This document shows positions 1-12,480 of a stretch of DNA of 64,000 bases, in pieces. Positions within the stretch are counted from its first letter, which is position 1, and every line of letters starts with the position of its first letter. A program made the position numbers and the translations under genes. The stretch covers positions 81,346,001 through 81,410,000 of the forward strand of contig NC_058368.1 in assembly GCF_018350175.1 (NCBI RefSeq). The letters run 5' to 3'. The notes below the pieces were generated by a model. It was not told where the DNA came from. It did not search any database and saw only the letters and a list, made by a program, of their open reading frames with translations. Source of the DNA: Felis catus (Eukaryota).

Positions 1-277
1 TAGGGTCCTCGGTTTGAGAACAGAGGTAAATGATTTATTTATGCTTAAATGAGAATAAAGTCTTTACGTTAGTATTTTACTCAGATTATCATAACCAAAT
101 TTAAATCCATGCATCTCGGAGAGAATTACAGGTGATAAAACACAGACACATCAGTCTGTGTGCTGAGGACCTGCTAAAATATGGTCAGTAGCTTTGTGTC
201 CCTTTTGGTATAAATGCTTCCAGCCCCAGGATCTCTCCCAACTTTCTTTTCTTTCTTAAATTAAAAAAAAAAAAACA

Positions 278-482
278 TTTTTTTTTACATTGATTTATTT
301 TTGACAAACAGAGTGAGACAAAGCATGAGCAGGGGAGGAACAGAGAGAAAAGGAGACACAGAATCCGAAGCAGGCTCCAGGCTCCGAGCCGTCAGCACAG
401 AGCCCGACAAGGGGCTCGAACCCACAAACTGTGAGATCATGACCTGAGCCGAAGTCAGTCGGTTGAGCCACCCAGGTGCCCC
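278..482 (-). mobile_element. Can-SINE (tRNA-derived, felid type)
   Basis: T-rich tail, (AG)n linker, cagaatccgaagcaggctccaggct core, ends gagccacccaggtgcccc. Confidence 0.95.
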
Positions 483-491
483 GTTTCTTAA

Positions 492-700
492 TTTTTTTTA
501 AATGTTTATTTATTTTTGTGAGAGAGAGACAGACCATGAGTGAGGGAGGGGCAGAGAGAGAGGGAGACACAGACTCCAAACAGGCTCCAGGCTCTGAGTT
601 GTCAGCACAGAGCCCTACACGGGGCTCGAACTCATGGACCTCGAGGTCGCCACCTGAGCCACAATCTGATGCCCAACCGACTGAGCCCCCCAGGCGCCCC
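492..700 (-). mobile_element. Can-SINE, in tandem with the previous copy
   Basis: Full-length consensus-like body ending caggcgcccc. Confidence 0.95.
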
Positions 701-1730
701 TCTCCCAACTGTCCCCACAGAGGCTGAGTCTGATGGCGTTGGCCAGGGCAGGCCTGCATTCAGAGCCACCCTAGATTTTTGCTTTGCTCGATTTTTATTC
801 TTCTCTGTTCATTTCATTGGCTCCAATATAAACAATTCCATTCCCGCACATGCCTCCTTTCCGAGTGCAGGATTTTCTTTCCTCGAGATGTGCCACATGG
901 TGACAGAGCGTCATCCCCCATTCTGGGTGTTGTGGGGAACAGACAAGGGACATGGACGTGATGGTAGCACTAGGGGCAGCAGTGGTATTAATCCCGTGTG
1001 ATAAAGGGCCAAGCGGCTGGTAGTTCAGGGTGTGAACGGGAACTTCAAACAGCACAGGGTCGGCGGGGCCCTCAGCGTCACTCTGAAACCAAAACATGTG
1101 ATTCACCACTCTCGTTCTTGCAAGTAATTATATTTGTCGTGTATTCAAATCAAATATACGCAAATAGGAGCAAATGCCTCCCTTGGAAGAGGCAGCTGTC
1201 CGTCATGTACGTTAACTGACTTTCTTCAAAAGCTCTTTGGTATTTTAAGTTATCTTACTTCCTGTTTTGGTTTTGTTTGTGTCCCTGGAGAGGCAGTGGG
1301 GGGGGGGGGTTCGCAGGGGCGGGAGGGCGGTGGGACTTAGATCAGCAGTTTGTAGGACCCACGTCCAAGCAAAACGTGAAAGGCTTTGGGCTCAGCGTCT
1401 GTTTCAGCCGGTTCAGGGATGTGAGTGGTTTCTATACTCACTACAAAAGTACTCAGGTTCGCCCGTGGGAGCCAGGGCTCTGGTATGAACATGGAATTGT
1501 GTTTGAAGTACAGATGACTGAAATCCTTTGGCCCGATGGATTCACTACAGTGACTGGAACATGGGAACAAGGAGAGAACATAATTCAGGCCAAAAAGTAC
1601 ACAGAATGTTAAGAAAATGATCAGGAATGAGGGGTTACCCAGAGCTCAAGTGGATGCAAAGCAGAGGGAGTCAGAAGGGTCACCCTGGAGCCACGGAAAC
1701 ATGAGAAAGTCAGGGAGGCGTCCCTGTGAC

Positions 1731-2251
1731 TCGGAGGCCACGCCTGTACCACAGAGGTCTCACTGCACCACTGAAGCCACCCTGGCAACTCGGAGGCCAC
1801 CCCTGAACCACAGAAGCCACCCCTGAACCATGGAGGCCACCCCTGCACCATGGAGGTCACCCCTGAACCACAGAGGCTGCCCCTGAACCACGGAGGCCTC
1901 ACTGCACCACAGAGGCCACCCCCACACCCCGGAGGCCACACCTGCACCATGGAGGCCACCCTTACACTGCAGAGGCCACCCTCACACCCCAAAGGCCACC
2001 CCTGCACCATGGAGGTCACCCCTGAAACATAGAGGCCACCCCTACACTACGGAGGTCACCCTGCACCCTGGAGGCCTCCCCTACACCATGGAGGCCACCC
2101 CTGAACCATGGAGGCTGCCCCTGAACCACGGAGGCCTCACTGCACCACAGAGGCCACCCCTGCACCACAGAGGCCACCCCTGAACCACAGAGGCTGCCCT
2201 AAACCACAGAGGCTGCCCCTGAACCACGGAGGCCACCCCGCACCACAGAGA
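1731..2251. repeat. 20-bp GC-rich minisatellite, ~26 copies
   Basis: Unit GGAGGCCACCCCTG(A/C)ACCA(C/T) repeated with variants. Confidence 0.95.
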
Positions 2252-2374
2252 CTGGGGTCCTGGAGGACTGGGAGCCAGCACTACACTCTCTGCCTGTGCC
2301 TGTATGGGGTTCTCTGAAGCGAAGAGACTTCTGAACTGCCTGCGGACACTCGGCATCCCCGCCCCACCAGCCCT

Positions 2375-2752
2375 CTTAGGCTCCTCTGTGGCCACCGTCA
2401 CAGAGTGCCAGAGGCTGAGGGGTGGAGAACAGCAGAGACCGTGGCCTCACAGTGTGTAAGCGGGGCATCTGGAACAGAGATGCTGGTCCCCTCCCCAGCT
2501 TCCAGGCGTTCACTGGCGGTCGTGGGCATGGCTTGGCTGTGGACACATGACCCATCTCTGCCTTCGCCTTCACATGGCCTCCTCCATGTGTCCAATCTCC
2601 CCGTGGCACACGGGCAGCGGTCACCCGGGTTAGGGCCGCCCAACACTGTCTTCTTCACTCGATCATCGGCGAGGACTCCATATCCAAATGAGGTCCCATC
2701 AGGGGCCCGGGACTTCAACATCTTCTTGGGGAGCATCATTCAAGCCGCAACC
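2375..2752 (-). mobile_element. MaLR solo LTR (MLT1B/C-like)
   Basis: Motifs atctctgccttcgccttcacatggcc, ccaaatgaggtc, ggacttcaacatc and attcaagcc resemble MLT1. Confidence 0.75.
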
Positions 2753-3156
2753 CTTGTGATTCTGGAGCTAATAAGCTTTCCTGCCTAGGAAGTATTGCGC
2801 ATTCTGAGGGCCCAGGTTCTACTAGAAAATTGAATAGTTTAGGCTTTGGCCGTCTTTCAAATATTCTGCGTGCAATTATGCCCTAAATCTATTTGTAGAC
2901 AGGACCCTTTTAATACAACTGGACGGGCCCCTGACACTGGTTTGGAGTCGTCCTTGAATTAATCGGCTAGGTGACAGCACGGCAGAAGCAGAGGCTGCAG
3001 GGCGAGGGCTGGACTTAACCACAGGCACACTGAGGCAGCAGGTGGTGGGACACAGACTCAGGCAGTTCACCCCGAATGTGTTGCTGCCATCACAGGAGAA
3101 AGAAAACTGAACATGTCCTGGGTTCCAGACAGACTTGCCCTTAGTTTTCTTATTTC

Positions 3157-3343
3157 TTATTTATTTTTTAAGGTTTTTTTATTGATTTATTTTTGAGAGA
3201 GTGGGGGAGGGGCGCAGAGAGAGAACCCCAAGCGGGCTCCAAGAAGAGCCAGACTTGGGGCTCAAACCCACGAACCATGAGATCATGACCTGAGCCAAAA
3301 TTAAGAGTCAGACTCTTAACCGAGTGAGCCACCCAGGCACCCC
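3157..3343 (-). mobile_element. Can-SINE (older subtype)
   Basis: gagatcatgacctgagcc...gagccacccaggcacccc with T-rich tail. Confidence 0.92.
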
Positions 3344-3464
3344 CTTTCTTACTTATCTTTAATTGAATAAAAATTTATCTCGCTGTTAAATGTATGTCTG
3401 TAAACCACCTCCATCTCTTTGGGAAGAACGTAATGTATAAAGAGATTAATCACTGTTACAATTC

Positions 3465-3605
3465 ACACATATAATCTCTTTTAATCCTCACTGCATGTCA
3501 AGATTACAATTATTCCCCCCTTTTTATAGATGAAAAGTAATATCAAAGAGCAGATGTTTAATGAACAGGAAGTTCAGGATTAAAATCTAGACCTGACAGA
3601 GTCTA
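3465..3605 (-). mobile_element. MIR fragment
   Basis: tttaatcctcac...attattccc...ttttatagatga resembles the MIR core. Confidence 0.5.
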
Positions 3606-3636
3606 ATATTTATAATTAATGTAGTCCATACGAATA

Positions 3637-3930
3637 TTTTTAATGGACTATATTTTTAGAGTGGTTTTAGGTTCACAGCGATATTGAGTGGCAAGTGTGG
3701 AGTTCCTGCCCCCGTACACACAGCCTCTTCCATTACCCACATCCCCACCAGAGTGGGGCATTTGTCACAGCGGGCGACCCTGCACTGACTCATCGTCATC
3801 ACCCAGAGTCCATAGTGTGCATTAGGGTCCACCCTTGGTGTTGTGCATCCTGTGGGTTTGCACACACCATCATAGTATCACACAGAGTCCTTTCACTGCC
3901 CTGCGAATCTGCTGTGCTCCACCTGCCACT
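3637..3930 (-). mobile_element. L1MC-type 3' end fragment
   Basis: ttttaggttcacagc, caccagagtggggcatttgt, cacccagagtccatagt...attagggt. Confidence 0.8.
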
Positions 3931-4227
3931 GGAGGATTATTCTTAATTTATTTATTTTAGATGGTATCTATTGGATCATACTCAAAATAAACTGTAAAGC
4001 TTCCATGTTCTTTTACATTCTTCCCCACTCTCCTCTTTCCCATAGTAGACATGTAACATCAATACTCAGTGTACATCTTAGTCTGAAAATGGAACTACTG
4101 TTCATGACTGAGCCCCATGGTAATGATGATTAGATTTCCTTCCTTGTGAAGGAAATCTTTTTCCTGGAGTTGGTAATGGTCTTGGTTTGTGAAAGTTATT
4201 CATTTACTTAGGTTTCTCTGTTCTTTA

Positions 4228-4414
4228 TTTTTTTTAAGTTTATTTATATAGTTATTTATTGGGTGAGGGGAGGGGCAAAGAGAGAGAATCCCCAGCAGGT
4301 TCCGTGCTGTCAGCGCAGAGCCCAACACCAGGCTCAATCTCAGGAATGTGAGATCATGACCTGAGTTGAAATCAAGAATTGGTTGCATAACTTACTGAGA
4401 CCTCCAGATGCCCC
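4228..4414 (-). mobile_element. Can-SINE
   Basis: Consensus-like body; target-site duplication (TSD) tttctctgttctt on both sides. Confidence 0.92.
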
Positions 4415-4679
4415 ACTTTTCTCTGTTCTTATCACAAATTCTTTCCGTGCTTGATATCAGTATCATAAACATCTTTGATAATCAAACACAAGAAGAATTT
4501 ATGAGTTCACTTTCTCCCTGCAGCCACTCCTGCCAGAGCCCTCTGTCTGCCTGCTCCAGGTTGGATGGGTTGCTCTCAAGTGTTGACACAAGGCTGTCAA
4601 CACTACTCTTCACTCCACCTTTCTTCCATGTGGAGCTCCCATTTTCTGGATCCCATGTTTTCCCTCTTGCTTGAGCTAC

Positions 4680-4832
4680 TCCCATGTTTTATTAAGTGGT
4701 ATCTTCTAGCAAGCTGTGCAACACTAGAGGGTAGTTTAGCTAGGTATAGGATTCTAGGTGAAAAATAATTTTCCCTTGAAATTTTGTCTTCTAACTTACT
4801 ATCTTGCTTTTGAGTAGTCTAAACAACTGTTC
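4680..4832 (-). mobile_element. Ancient L1 (L1ME-like) ORF1-region fragment
   Basis: agtttagctaggtataggattctagg...attttcccttgaaattttg; appears to resume at ~7115. Confidence 0.55.
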
Positions 4833-4910
4833 TTTATAGTTTACTGAGGGACACTTGATATGCAATAAACTATACATTTGTAAAGTGTACAGTTTGATTC
4901 CTTTTAACAA

Positions 4911-4911
<1 letters not shown>

Positions 4912-4942
<31 letters not shown>
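4912..4942. repeat. (CA)n microsatellite
   Basis: Direct observation. Confidence 0.97.
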
Positions 4943-4944
<2 letters not shown>

Positions 4945-5937
4945 ATGAAACAATCAACACAATCAAGATAATGAACATATCCATTATCCCCAAAAGTTTC
5001 CTTACCATCTTTGCAAACCCTCCCTCTTCCTACAGGTAACTACAAATCTGCTTTTTATCAGTATAGATTTGTTTCCATTTTCCTAGAATTTTATATAAAT
5101 GGAATTGTATAGTATGTAATCTGCATCTAGCCTCTTTCACTTAGCACAATTATTTTGAAATTCATCCATGTTACAGCATTATCAGTAGGCTATTCATTCT
5201 TCCTATTATTGAGTAGCATTCCACTGCCTGGATGTACTACAATTTGTTTGTACACCAAATGTCCATCAGGACATTTGTAGCCAGTTTTTGGCTGTCATGA
5301 ATTTGTGTCCAAGTTTTTGTGTGGACATGTGCTTTCATTTCGCTTGGATAAATACCTAAGTGTGGAATGGTTGTGTCACAGGTATATGTTTAAATGTTTA
5401 AGAAATTACAAAACTGGTTTTCAGGGTATGCCTACTGTATTACATTCCTACTAGCAGTATATGAGAGTTCTGGTTACTCCACATCCACACCAACATTTGC
5501 TTTTTGTTTTTAGATATACAACTGCTTGACTGGCAGTATCCCATTATATTTTTAATTTGCATTCCCTAATGATGAATCTTTTCATGTGCTTATTAGCTAT
5601 ATATGTATATATTTTTTTGTCTGTTCAAACAGGTTGCCCGTTTTTATAATTTTTTGAATTATTGAGTTTTGACAGTTCTTAATATATATTGGATATAAGC
5701 CAGGTACCAGTTTTGCAAATATTTTCTCATTCTGTAGCTTGCCTTTTCATTTTCTTAACAATATCTTTTGAAAAATAAAAGCTCTAAGTTTTGATGAAGT
5801 CTGATTTATAAGTTTCTTCTTTTTTTTTTCTTTTTTTTACCTGTTCATGCCTTTGTGTTGTGTTTAAGGAATCTTTGCCAAAGTCAACATCACCAAGCCT
5901 GTCTCCTATGATTTCTTCTGGAATTGTGATGCCTGAT

Positions 5938-6115
5938 AACCACTACCTAATATGGCTATTTATATTTAACATTAAATCAAGTAAAATTAAAAATTTTAAA
6001 GTTTGCTCCTCAGTCACACTAGCCACATTTCAAGCACTCAGTCACATGTGGCTAATGGCTGTTATCTTGCACAGTACAGGCAGAGTATTTTTGTCAGCAT
6101 AGAAGATTCTGGTGA
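5938..6115 (-). mobile_element. MER3-like hAT-Charlie MITE inserted in L1
   Basis: cctcagtcacactagccacatttcaagcactca...cacatgtggctaatggct. Confidence 0.8.
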
Positions 6116-7114
6116 ACCAAACTTTAACATTCTGTAGGTTTACCTCCCACATTCAGGTCTATGATGCATTTTGAGTTAACTTTTGTATGTGGCATGAGGT
6201 TAAGGTTAATATTTTTGCATATGGTTACTCAATTGTTCTAATATCACTTTTGAATAGATTATTTTTTCCCTGTTAAATTGCTTTGGTGCCTTTGTCAACA
6301 ATCAATTAACCATACATGGGTGGGTCTACTTGTGGATTCTTTATCCTAATACATTGATCTATAGCTCTGTCTTCATGCCAGCACTGCACAGTCTTGATTT
6401 TTATAATAAGTCTTGAAAACAGTGCTAACCCTTCTACTTTTTAAAATCTTTGTAAAAATCGTTTTGGCTCTTATATGCGTTAGTATTTCTATATGAAATT
6501 TAGATTAAGTTTGTCCATTTCTACAAAAAGGTTTCTGCCATTTTACCTGGGATTTTATGGAATCTATGGATGCATTTTGGGAGAATTGATATCTTTACGG
6601 TATTGGGCCTTTCAATTTGTCAATATGTTATTTTTCTCCATATATTTAAATATTCCCTAATAGCTCTTAGCAATGTTTTGTAGTTTTCAGTGTACAGATC
6701 TTGTACTCCAAACTATTTCATACTTGATTATTGTAAGCTGTATGGTTTTTTGAATTTCAGTTTCTGATTGTTCATTGCAAATAGAGAGAAATACAATTGA
6801 TTTTTAAATTTTGATCTTGTATTTTGTAACTTTGATAAGTTTCTTACAAGTTCTAGTAGCACTTTTTTTTTTTTTTGGCAGCTTCTGTAAGATTTTTGAC
6901 CAAAGAAATTCTACCATCAGCAAATAAAGACATTTTTATTTCTACCTTTCTAACCTAAATGCCTTTTTCATACCTTATTGCACTGGCTAGAAGCTCCAGC
7001 ACAATTTGACGGGCAGTAGTGAGAGCAATATTCTTGTCCCGTTCTTGATCATAGGGAGAAAGCTTTCAGGCTCTCATCATTAAATATGATGTTAGCTGTA
7101 GATAGTTCATTGGG

Positions 7115-7575
7115 TTGGATTCTTGATCCTTTATATTTGACTGGTTTTTATTTTGTTTGCTTGTTTTCTATTCTTTCTATGTAAGTTATTCTGGGTGGGT
7201 TTTTTATTCCCTCTCTTTATTTCTGATTTTTGAAATTGCATGATTATGTGTGTAATGTAAGTCTTTTTTTCATTTATTGTACTGGATGTACTGGATATTT
7301 GGTGTGTTCTTTCAATCTTTAAAGTCCTTATTCTTCAATTCTGTGAAATTACATCAAATATTTCTTTGATCTTTCCTTCCTCTATTTTCCTCTGTTCTCT
7401 CTTTCTTGAATTCCTATTAGTTAGAGATCACATCTTCTGCCTCGTCCTCTGAATTTCACAATCGTTCTCTATTCCTTCTTCCTCCCCCTTCTCTTTTGGT
7501 TTTGGTTTTTTGTTTGTTCATTTGTCTGTCGTTTGTTTGTTTTGGAGAGTTTCTCATATTTAATCTGAAACCTTA
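7115..7575 (-). mobile_element. Ancient L1 (L1ME-like) ORF1-region fragment
   Basis: attcttgatcctttata, ttcttcaattctg, gaattcctattagttag motifs. Confidence 0.55.
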
Positions 7576-8041
7576 TTTTCATAAAAGGAATTCTGTAAGC
7601 CAAATCTATGTTACCATGTGAGAGAATTTCCAGTCACCTCCAAGAGAGAACACATGTTTTGGTGAGTCTGTGAGTAAAATTGTTATTATGATGTATTTAC
7701 AAGGAGAAAAGGATTAATGATCCAGAACTCTCTAATGATGAGTTTACTTGGGAAATGCATTCTGCTGACATAAAAGGGGAAAGTACTCAGTTGGGATCCA
7801 GGATCTCGGTTCTCACATCATTAATTTATCAGTGTGTGTGGGGCAAGTGTTTTCAGAGGTGGCACACCTATCATCTAGATTCACTCACTCAACGAGTGAA
7901 TAACACCTGTACATACACGGTTCTGATGTACAAAAACATGGTATTTTGAATCATCTGGAAAATGTAACTTGCTTTGAGTACAATAAAGTAAAAATGGGAA
8001 AAGAATATTGTTCTACATTTAAGAAGAGCATAGCTGATGAC

Positions 8042-8249
8042 GGGGTGCTTGGGTGATTCAATTGATTGAGCATCCGACTTTGGCTCAGGTCATGAGCTCA
8101 GGTTTGCGGGTTCGAGCCTGCATCGGGCTCTATACTGACAGCTCAGAGTCTAGAGCCTGCTTCAGATTCTGTGACTCCTTCTCTCTCTACCCCCCTCCCA
8201 CTCGCATTCTGTCTCTCTCCTTCAAAGATAAGTTAAAACATTTAAAAAA
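8042..8249 (+). mobile_element. Can-SINE
   Basis: ggggtgcttgggtg start, CT-rich linker, A tail; degenerate TSD agagc(a/t)tagc(t/c)gatga. Confidence 0.94.
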
Positions 8250-8394
8250 GAGAGAGAGCTTAGCCGATGAATAACAACACAAGTAACAAAAGAAAAAAAT
8301 TAAATAATTATCTATATCGTGCACAGAAAATCATACTGATTGAAGTGTTGATATTTGGTTTGGATATTTGTGTATTTTTCTAGCATTTCTTAAG

Positions 8395-8568
8395 GGGTAA
8401 TCATATACCAGAACTACTTGAGATGCTTCCTAAGAATATGGTTTCCTGAATCCCATCCAGGAAGACACTCAGATTAGGCAGACCTTAATATGAGGGCGGA
8501 TGTGTCTGAGAAATTTATAACAAACTCTCCAAGTAACTGCTTTGCCCATGAAAGTTTGAAAACCACTG
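8395..8568. mobile_element. MER5-like hAT-Charlie MITE
   Basis: Ends aagtttgaaaaccactg; internal aacaaactctccaagt. Confidence 0.6.
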
Positions 8569-8779
8569 TATTCAGACAAGGTCTACACGTCTTTGCTAAC
8601 ACATTGACTAATAAGATGAGAAAAAAAATTTCCACTTGATTTCCCCAAGGCATAAACTACTCTTTATGAAATTATTGAGTTATTCTAACCTTTGGAAGTT
8701 AAATTAAGTCTTTTAACACACAAAACATTAGATTTTAACAAAACTGGCTTTAAGGCTATAGACATCTTCCTTAAGACCT

Positions 8780-8943
8780 TAGAGCTGTACTCTGATCACT
8801 AGAAATAAGAGTACTGTGATTGAGAAATTGAGTTTTTAATTAAAATGCATTTAAATGGCTACATGTGGCTAGTGGCTACTGTATTGGACAGAGCAGATGC
8901 TGACCATTTTCATCATCACAGAAAGTTCTACTAAACAGTGCTG
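8780..8943. mobile_element. MER3-like MITE
   Basis: ggctacatgtggctagtggctactgtattggacag...catcatcacagaaagttcta. Confidence 0.8.
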
Positions 8944-9561
8944 TCTTAGAGGGTAAATCTAGTGTCCGGTGATGCCCAATTTATTTTTCATGTGTTCATG
9001 AAGTCCCCTGGCTTCCTTGCAGGAAAGCTGCTAAAGTAAAATATAGTGTTACTAGTCTTATTTATGGAGACAATATATTTTGTATACTGCATTATATTTA
9101 TGGACAAGACAGATTTTGATTAGAAAGTCTTTATGGATGAATGGAAATATTTCATTTCATTTTCTTACCATTTTTTAAAATTCCAGTATAATTAACATGC
9201 AGTGCTATATTCGTTTCAGGTGGGCAATATAGTGATTCAACAATCCCATACATTACCCAGTGCTCGTCATGATAAGTGTGCTCTTAATCACCTTCCACAT
9301 TTCTCCCATCCCCCCGCCCACCTCTTCCCTGGTAACCATCAGTTTGTTCTCTGTAGTGAAGAGTCTGTTTCCTGGTTTGTCTCTGTGTCTCTTTTTTATT
9401 TCTGTAGCTATTTGTTTTGTTTTTTAATTCCACATATGAGTGAGATCATATGGTATAGGTCTTCCCATGACTGACTTCACTTAGCATTATACTCTCTAGT
9501 TCCATCCATGTTGTTACAAATGGCAAGATGTCATTCTTTTTTTATGGCTGAGTAATACTCC

Positions 9562-9563
<2 letters not shown>

Positions 9564-9592
<29 letters not shown>
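9564..9592. repeat. (TG)n microsatellite in L1
   Basis: Direct observation. Confidence 0.97.
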
Positions 9593-9595
<3 letters not shown>

Positions 9596-10099
9596 CATAC
9601 CACCCCCTCTTTATCTGTTCATCTATTGATGGACACTTGGGCTCCTTCTGTAATTTGACTATTGTACATAATGCTGCAATAAACATAGGGGCACACATAT
9701 CCTTTCAAATGCGTGTGTTTGTATTCTTTAGGTAAATGGCATGATCACTGGATTATATGGTACTTCTATTTTTAATTCTTTGAGGAACTCCATATTGTTT
9801 TCCACAGTGGCCGTATCAGTTTGCATTCCCACCAACAATGCAAGAGGGTTCCTCTTTCTTCACATCTTCACCAGCACTTGTTCCTTGAGCCTTTCATTTT
9901 AGCTATTCTGACAGGTACCTGTGAGATATCTCACTGTGATTTTGATTTGTATTTCCCTGATGATGACTGATGCTGAGCATCTTTTCAGTTGTCTGTGGGC
10001 CATCTGGATGTCTTCTTTGGAGAAATGTCTGTTCATGTCTTCTGCCCATTTTTAATTAGATTTTTTTTTTGGTGTTAAGTTGTAGAAGTTCTTTTCTTT

Positions 10100-10203
10100 T
10101 TAAGAATTTTTTTAAGTAAACTCTATGCCCAACACGGGGCTCAAACTTAGGACTTCATGATGAAGAGTCACATGCTCTACCAACTGAGTCAGTCAGGTAC
10201 TCC
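10100..10203 (-). mobile_element. Short Can-SINE in L1
   Basis: aagagtcacatgctctaccaactgag; TSD gttgta(g/t)aagttcttt. Confidence 0.88.
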
Positions 10204-10928
10204 ATGTTGTATAAGTTCTTTAGATATTTTGGATACTAACTCTTTATCACATATGCCATTGGTAAACATCTCCTTCCATTCATTGGTTGTCTTTTAGTTT
10301 TGTTGATTGTTTCCTTTGCTGTGCAGAAGCTTTTTATTTTGATGTAGTCCCAATAGTTTATTTTTGCTTTTGTATCCCTTGCCTCAGGAGATATATCTAG
10401 AAAAATGTTGCTACGGTGGGCATCAGGGAAATTACTGCCTGTGTTCTCTTCTAAGATTTTTATGGTTTCAGGTCTCACATTTAGGTCCTTAATCCATTTT
10501 GAGTTTATTTTTCTGTAGGGTGTGAGAAAGTGGTCCTCGTTCTTTTACATATAGCTCTCCAGTTTTCCCAATGCCATTTGTTGAAGAGACTATCCTTTTC
10601 CCATTGAATATTATTTCCTCCTATGTTGAAGGTTAATTGACCATAGAATTGTGGGTTTATTTCTGGGCTATTCTGTTCCATGGATCTATGTGTCTATTTT
10701 TGTGCCAGTTCCATACTGTTTTTATCACTGCACCTTTGTAGTATAACTTGAAATTTGGAATTGTGATACCTTTAGCTTTGTTTTTATTTTTCAGTTGCTT
10801 TGGCTATTTAGGGTATTTGTGGTTCCATACAAATTTGAGGATTGTTTGTTCTAGCTCTGTGAAGAATGCTGGTGTTGCTTTGATAGGGATTGCATTGAAT
10901 ATGTAGATTGATTTGGGTAGTATCGACA

Positions 10929-11146
10929 TTTTTTTTAATTTTTTTTAACGTTTATTTATTTTTGAGACAGAGAGAGACAGAGCATGAACGGGGGAGGGTC
11001 AGAGAGAGGGAGACACAGAATCCGAAACAGGCTCCAGGCTCTGAGTGTCAGCACAGAGCCCGACGCGGGGCTCGAACTCACAAACCGTGAGATCATGACC
11101 TGAGCCAAAGTCGGCCGCTTAACCGACTGAGCCACCCAGGCGCCCC
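10929..11146 (-). mobile_element. Can-SINE (felid type) in L1
   Basis: Near-consensus body; TSD gggtagtat(c/t)gacatttt at 10915 and 11147. Confidence 0.96.
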
Positions 11147-11999
11147 GGGTAGTATTGACATTTTAACAATATTTGTTCTTCCAATCGATGAGCTTGGAAT
11201 GTCTATTTCTTTGCATCGTCTTGAATTTCTTGCATCAATGTTTTACAGTTTTCAGAGTACAGGTCTTTCACCTAGTTTATTATTCCTAGGTATTTTATTA
11301 TTTTTGGTGCAGTTGTAAATACGATTACTTTCTTAATTTCTTTTTCTTCCATTTCACTGTTAGTCTACAGAAATGCAATGAATTTCTGTATATTGATTTT
11401 ATATCCTGCGACCTTGCTGAATTCATTTATCAGTTCTAGTAGTTTTTTCAGTGGAGTCTTTAGAGTTTTCTGTATAAATTATATCATATGCAAACTGTGA
11501 AAGTTTTACTTCTTCCTTATCAGTTTGGATGTCTTTTATTCCTTTTTCTTGTCTGATTGCTGTGGCTGGGACTTCCAGTACTTTGTTGCATAAAAGTGAG
11601 AGTGGACATCCTTATCTTGTTTCTGACCTTAAGAGGAAATCACTCAGTTTTTGACCATTGAGTATGATGTTATCTGTGGGTTTTCCATATATGGCATTTA
11701 TTATGTTGGGGTATGTTCCCTCTAAATCTCTTTTGTCAGGGGTTTTTATCATGAATATATATTGTACTTTGTCAAATGCTTTTTCTGCATCTATTGAAAT
11801 GGTTCTATGGTTTTTATCTTTTTTCTTGTTGATGTGATGTATTATGTTGATTGATTTACAAATATTGAACCACTCTTGCACTCCAGAATAAATCCCACTT
11901 CATCTTGGTAAATGATTTTTTAAGGTATTGGATTTAGTTTGCTAGTATTTTGTTGAGGATTTTTTCGTCTGTGTACATCAGAGATGTATTGGCCTGTAG

Positions 12000-12122
12000 T
12001 TTTTTTTTCAAGATTTTATTTTTGAAATATTTGTAGAGTAATCTCTACACCCATCATGGGCTTGAAACCACAACTCTGACATCAAGATTTGCACACTCCA
12101 TCAACTGAGCCAGCCAGCCATC
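12000..12122 (-). mobile_element. Short Can-SINE in L1
   Basis: gtaatctctacaccca...atcaag...actgagccagcca. Confidence 0.8.
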
Positions 12123-12261
12123 TCTCTTGTTCTCTTTCTTTGTGGTGTCTTTATCTGGTTTTAATATCAGGGTGATGCTAGCCTCCTAGGATGATTTTGG
12201 AAGTTTTCCATCCTCTTCTATTTTTTGGAAAAGTTTGAAAGAGTACGTACTAACTCTTCTT

Positions 12262-12480
12262 TATTTTTTTAAAATATAAAAGATTTTTCCAACTTTATTT
12301 ATGTATTTTGAGAGAGAAAGCACGAGTGGCAGAGAGAGTGGAAGAGAGAGAATCCCAAGCAGGCTCCACACTATCAGTGCAGAGCCCAACACAGGGTTTG
12401 GACTCACAAACCGTGAGATCATGACCTGACCTGAAATCAAGAGTCGGATGCTCATCTGACAGAGCCACCCAGGTGCCCCC
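12262..12480 (-). mobile_element. Can-SINE in L1
   Basis: Consensus-like body; TSD taactc(t/c)tcttta. Confidence 0.94.

Larger units (their letters stand above)
4838..7112 (-). mobile_element. Old 5'-truncated L1 (L1MB/MA-like), 3' UTR plus degenerate ORF2 end
   Basis: T-rich L1 antisense motifs such as ggataaatacctaag, tttaatttgcattccctaatg, ggagaattgatatcttta, gatgttagctgtag. Confidence 0.88.

Noticed and set aside
295..1001. Recurrent short ORFs with motifs like GSELSAQSP or SAQVMIS across the window
   Set aside because: Translations of Can-SINE sequence, not a gene family
1731..2251. CRISPR-like appearance of the tandem arrays (also 23386-23916)
   Set aside because: Units are contiguous with no unique spacers, no cas genes, mammalian context
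7690..7990. Open frame of ~85 codons followed by AATAAA
   Set aside because: No recognisable homology, no good acceptor, no poly(A) tail or TSD of a retrocopy
8042..8125. tRNA-like A/B boxes in SINE heads
   Set aside because: Part of tRNA-derived SINEs; no stand-alone tRNA seen
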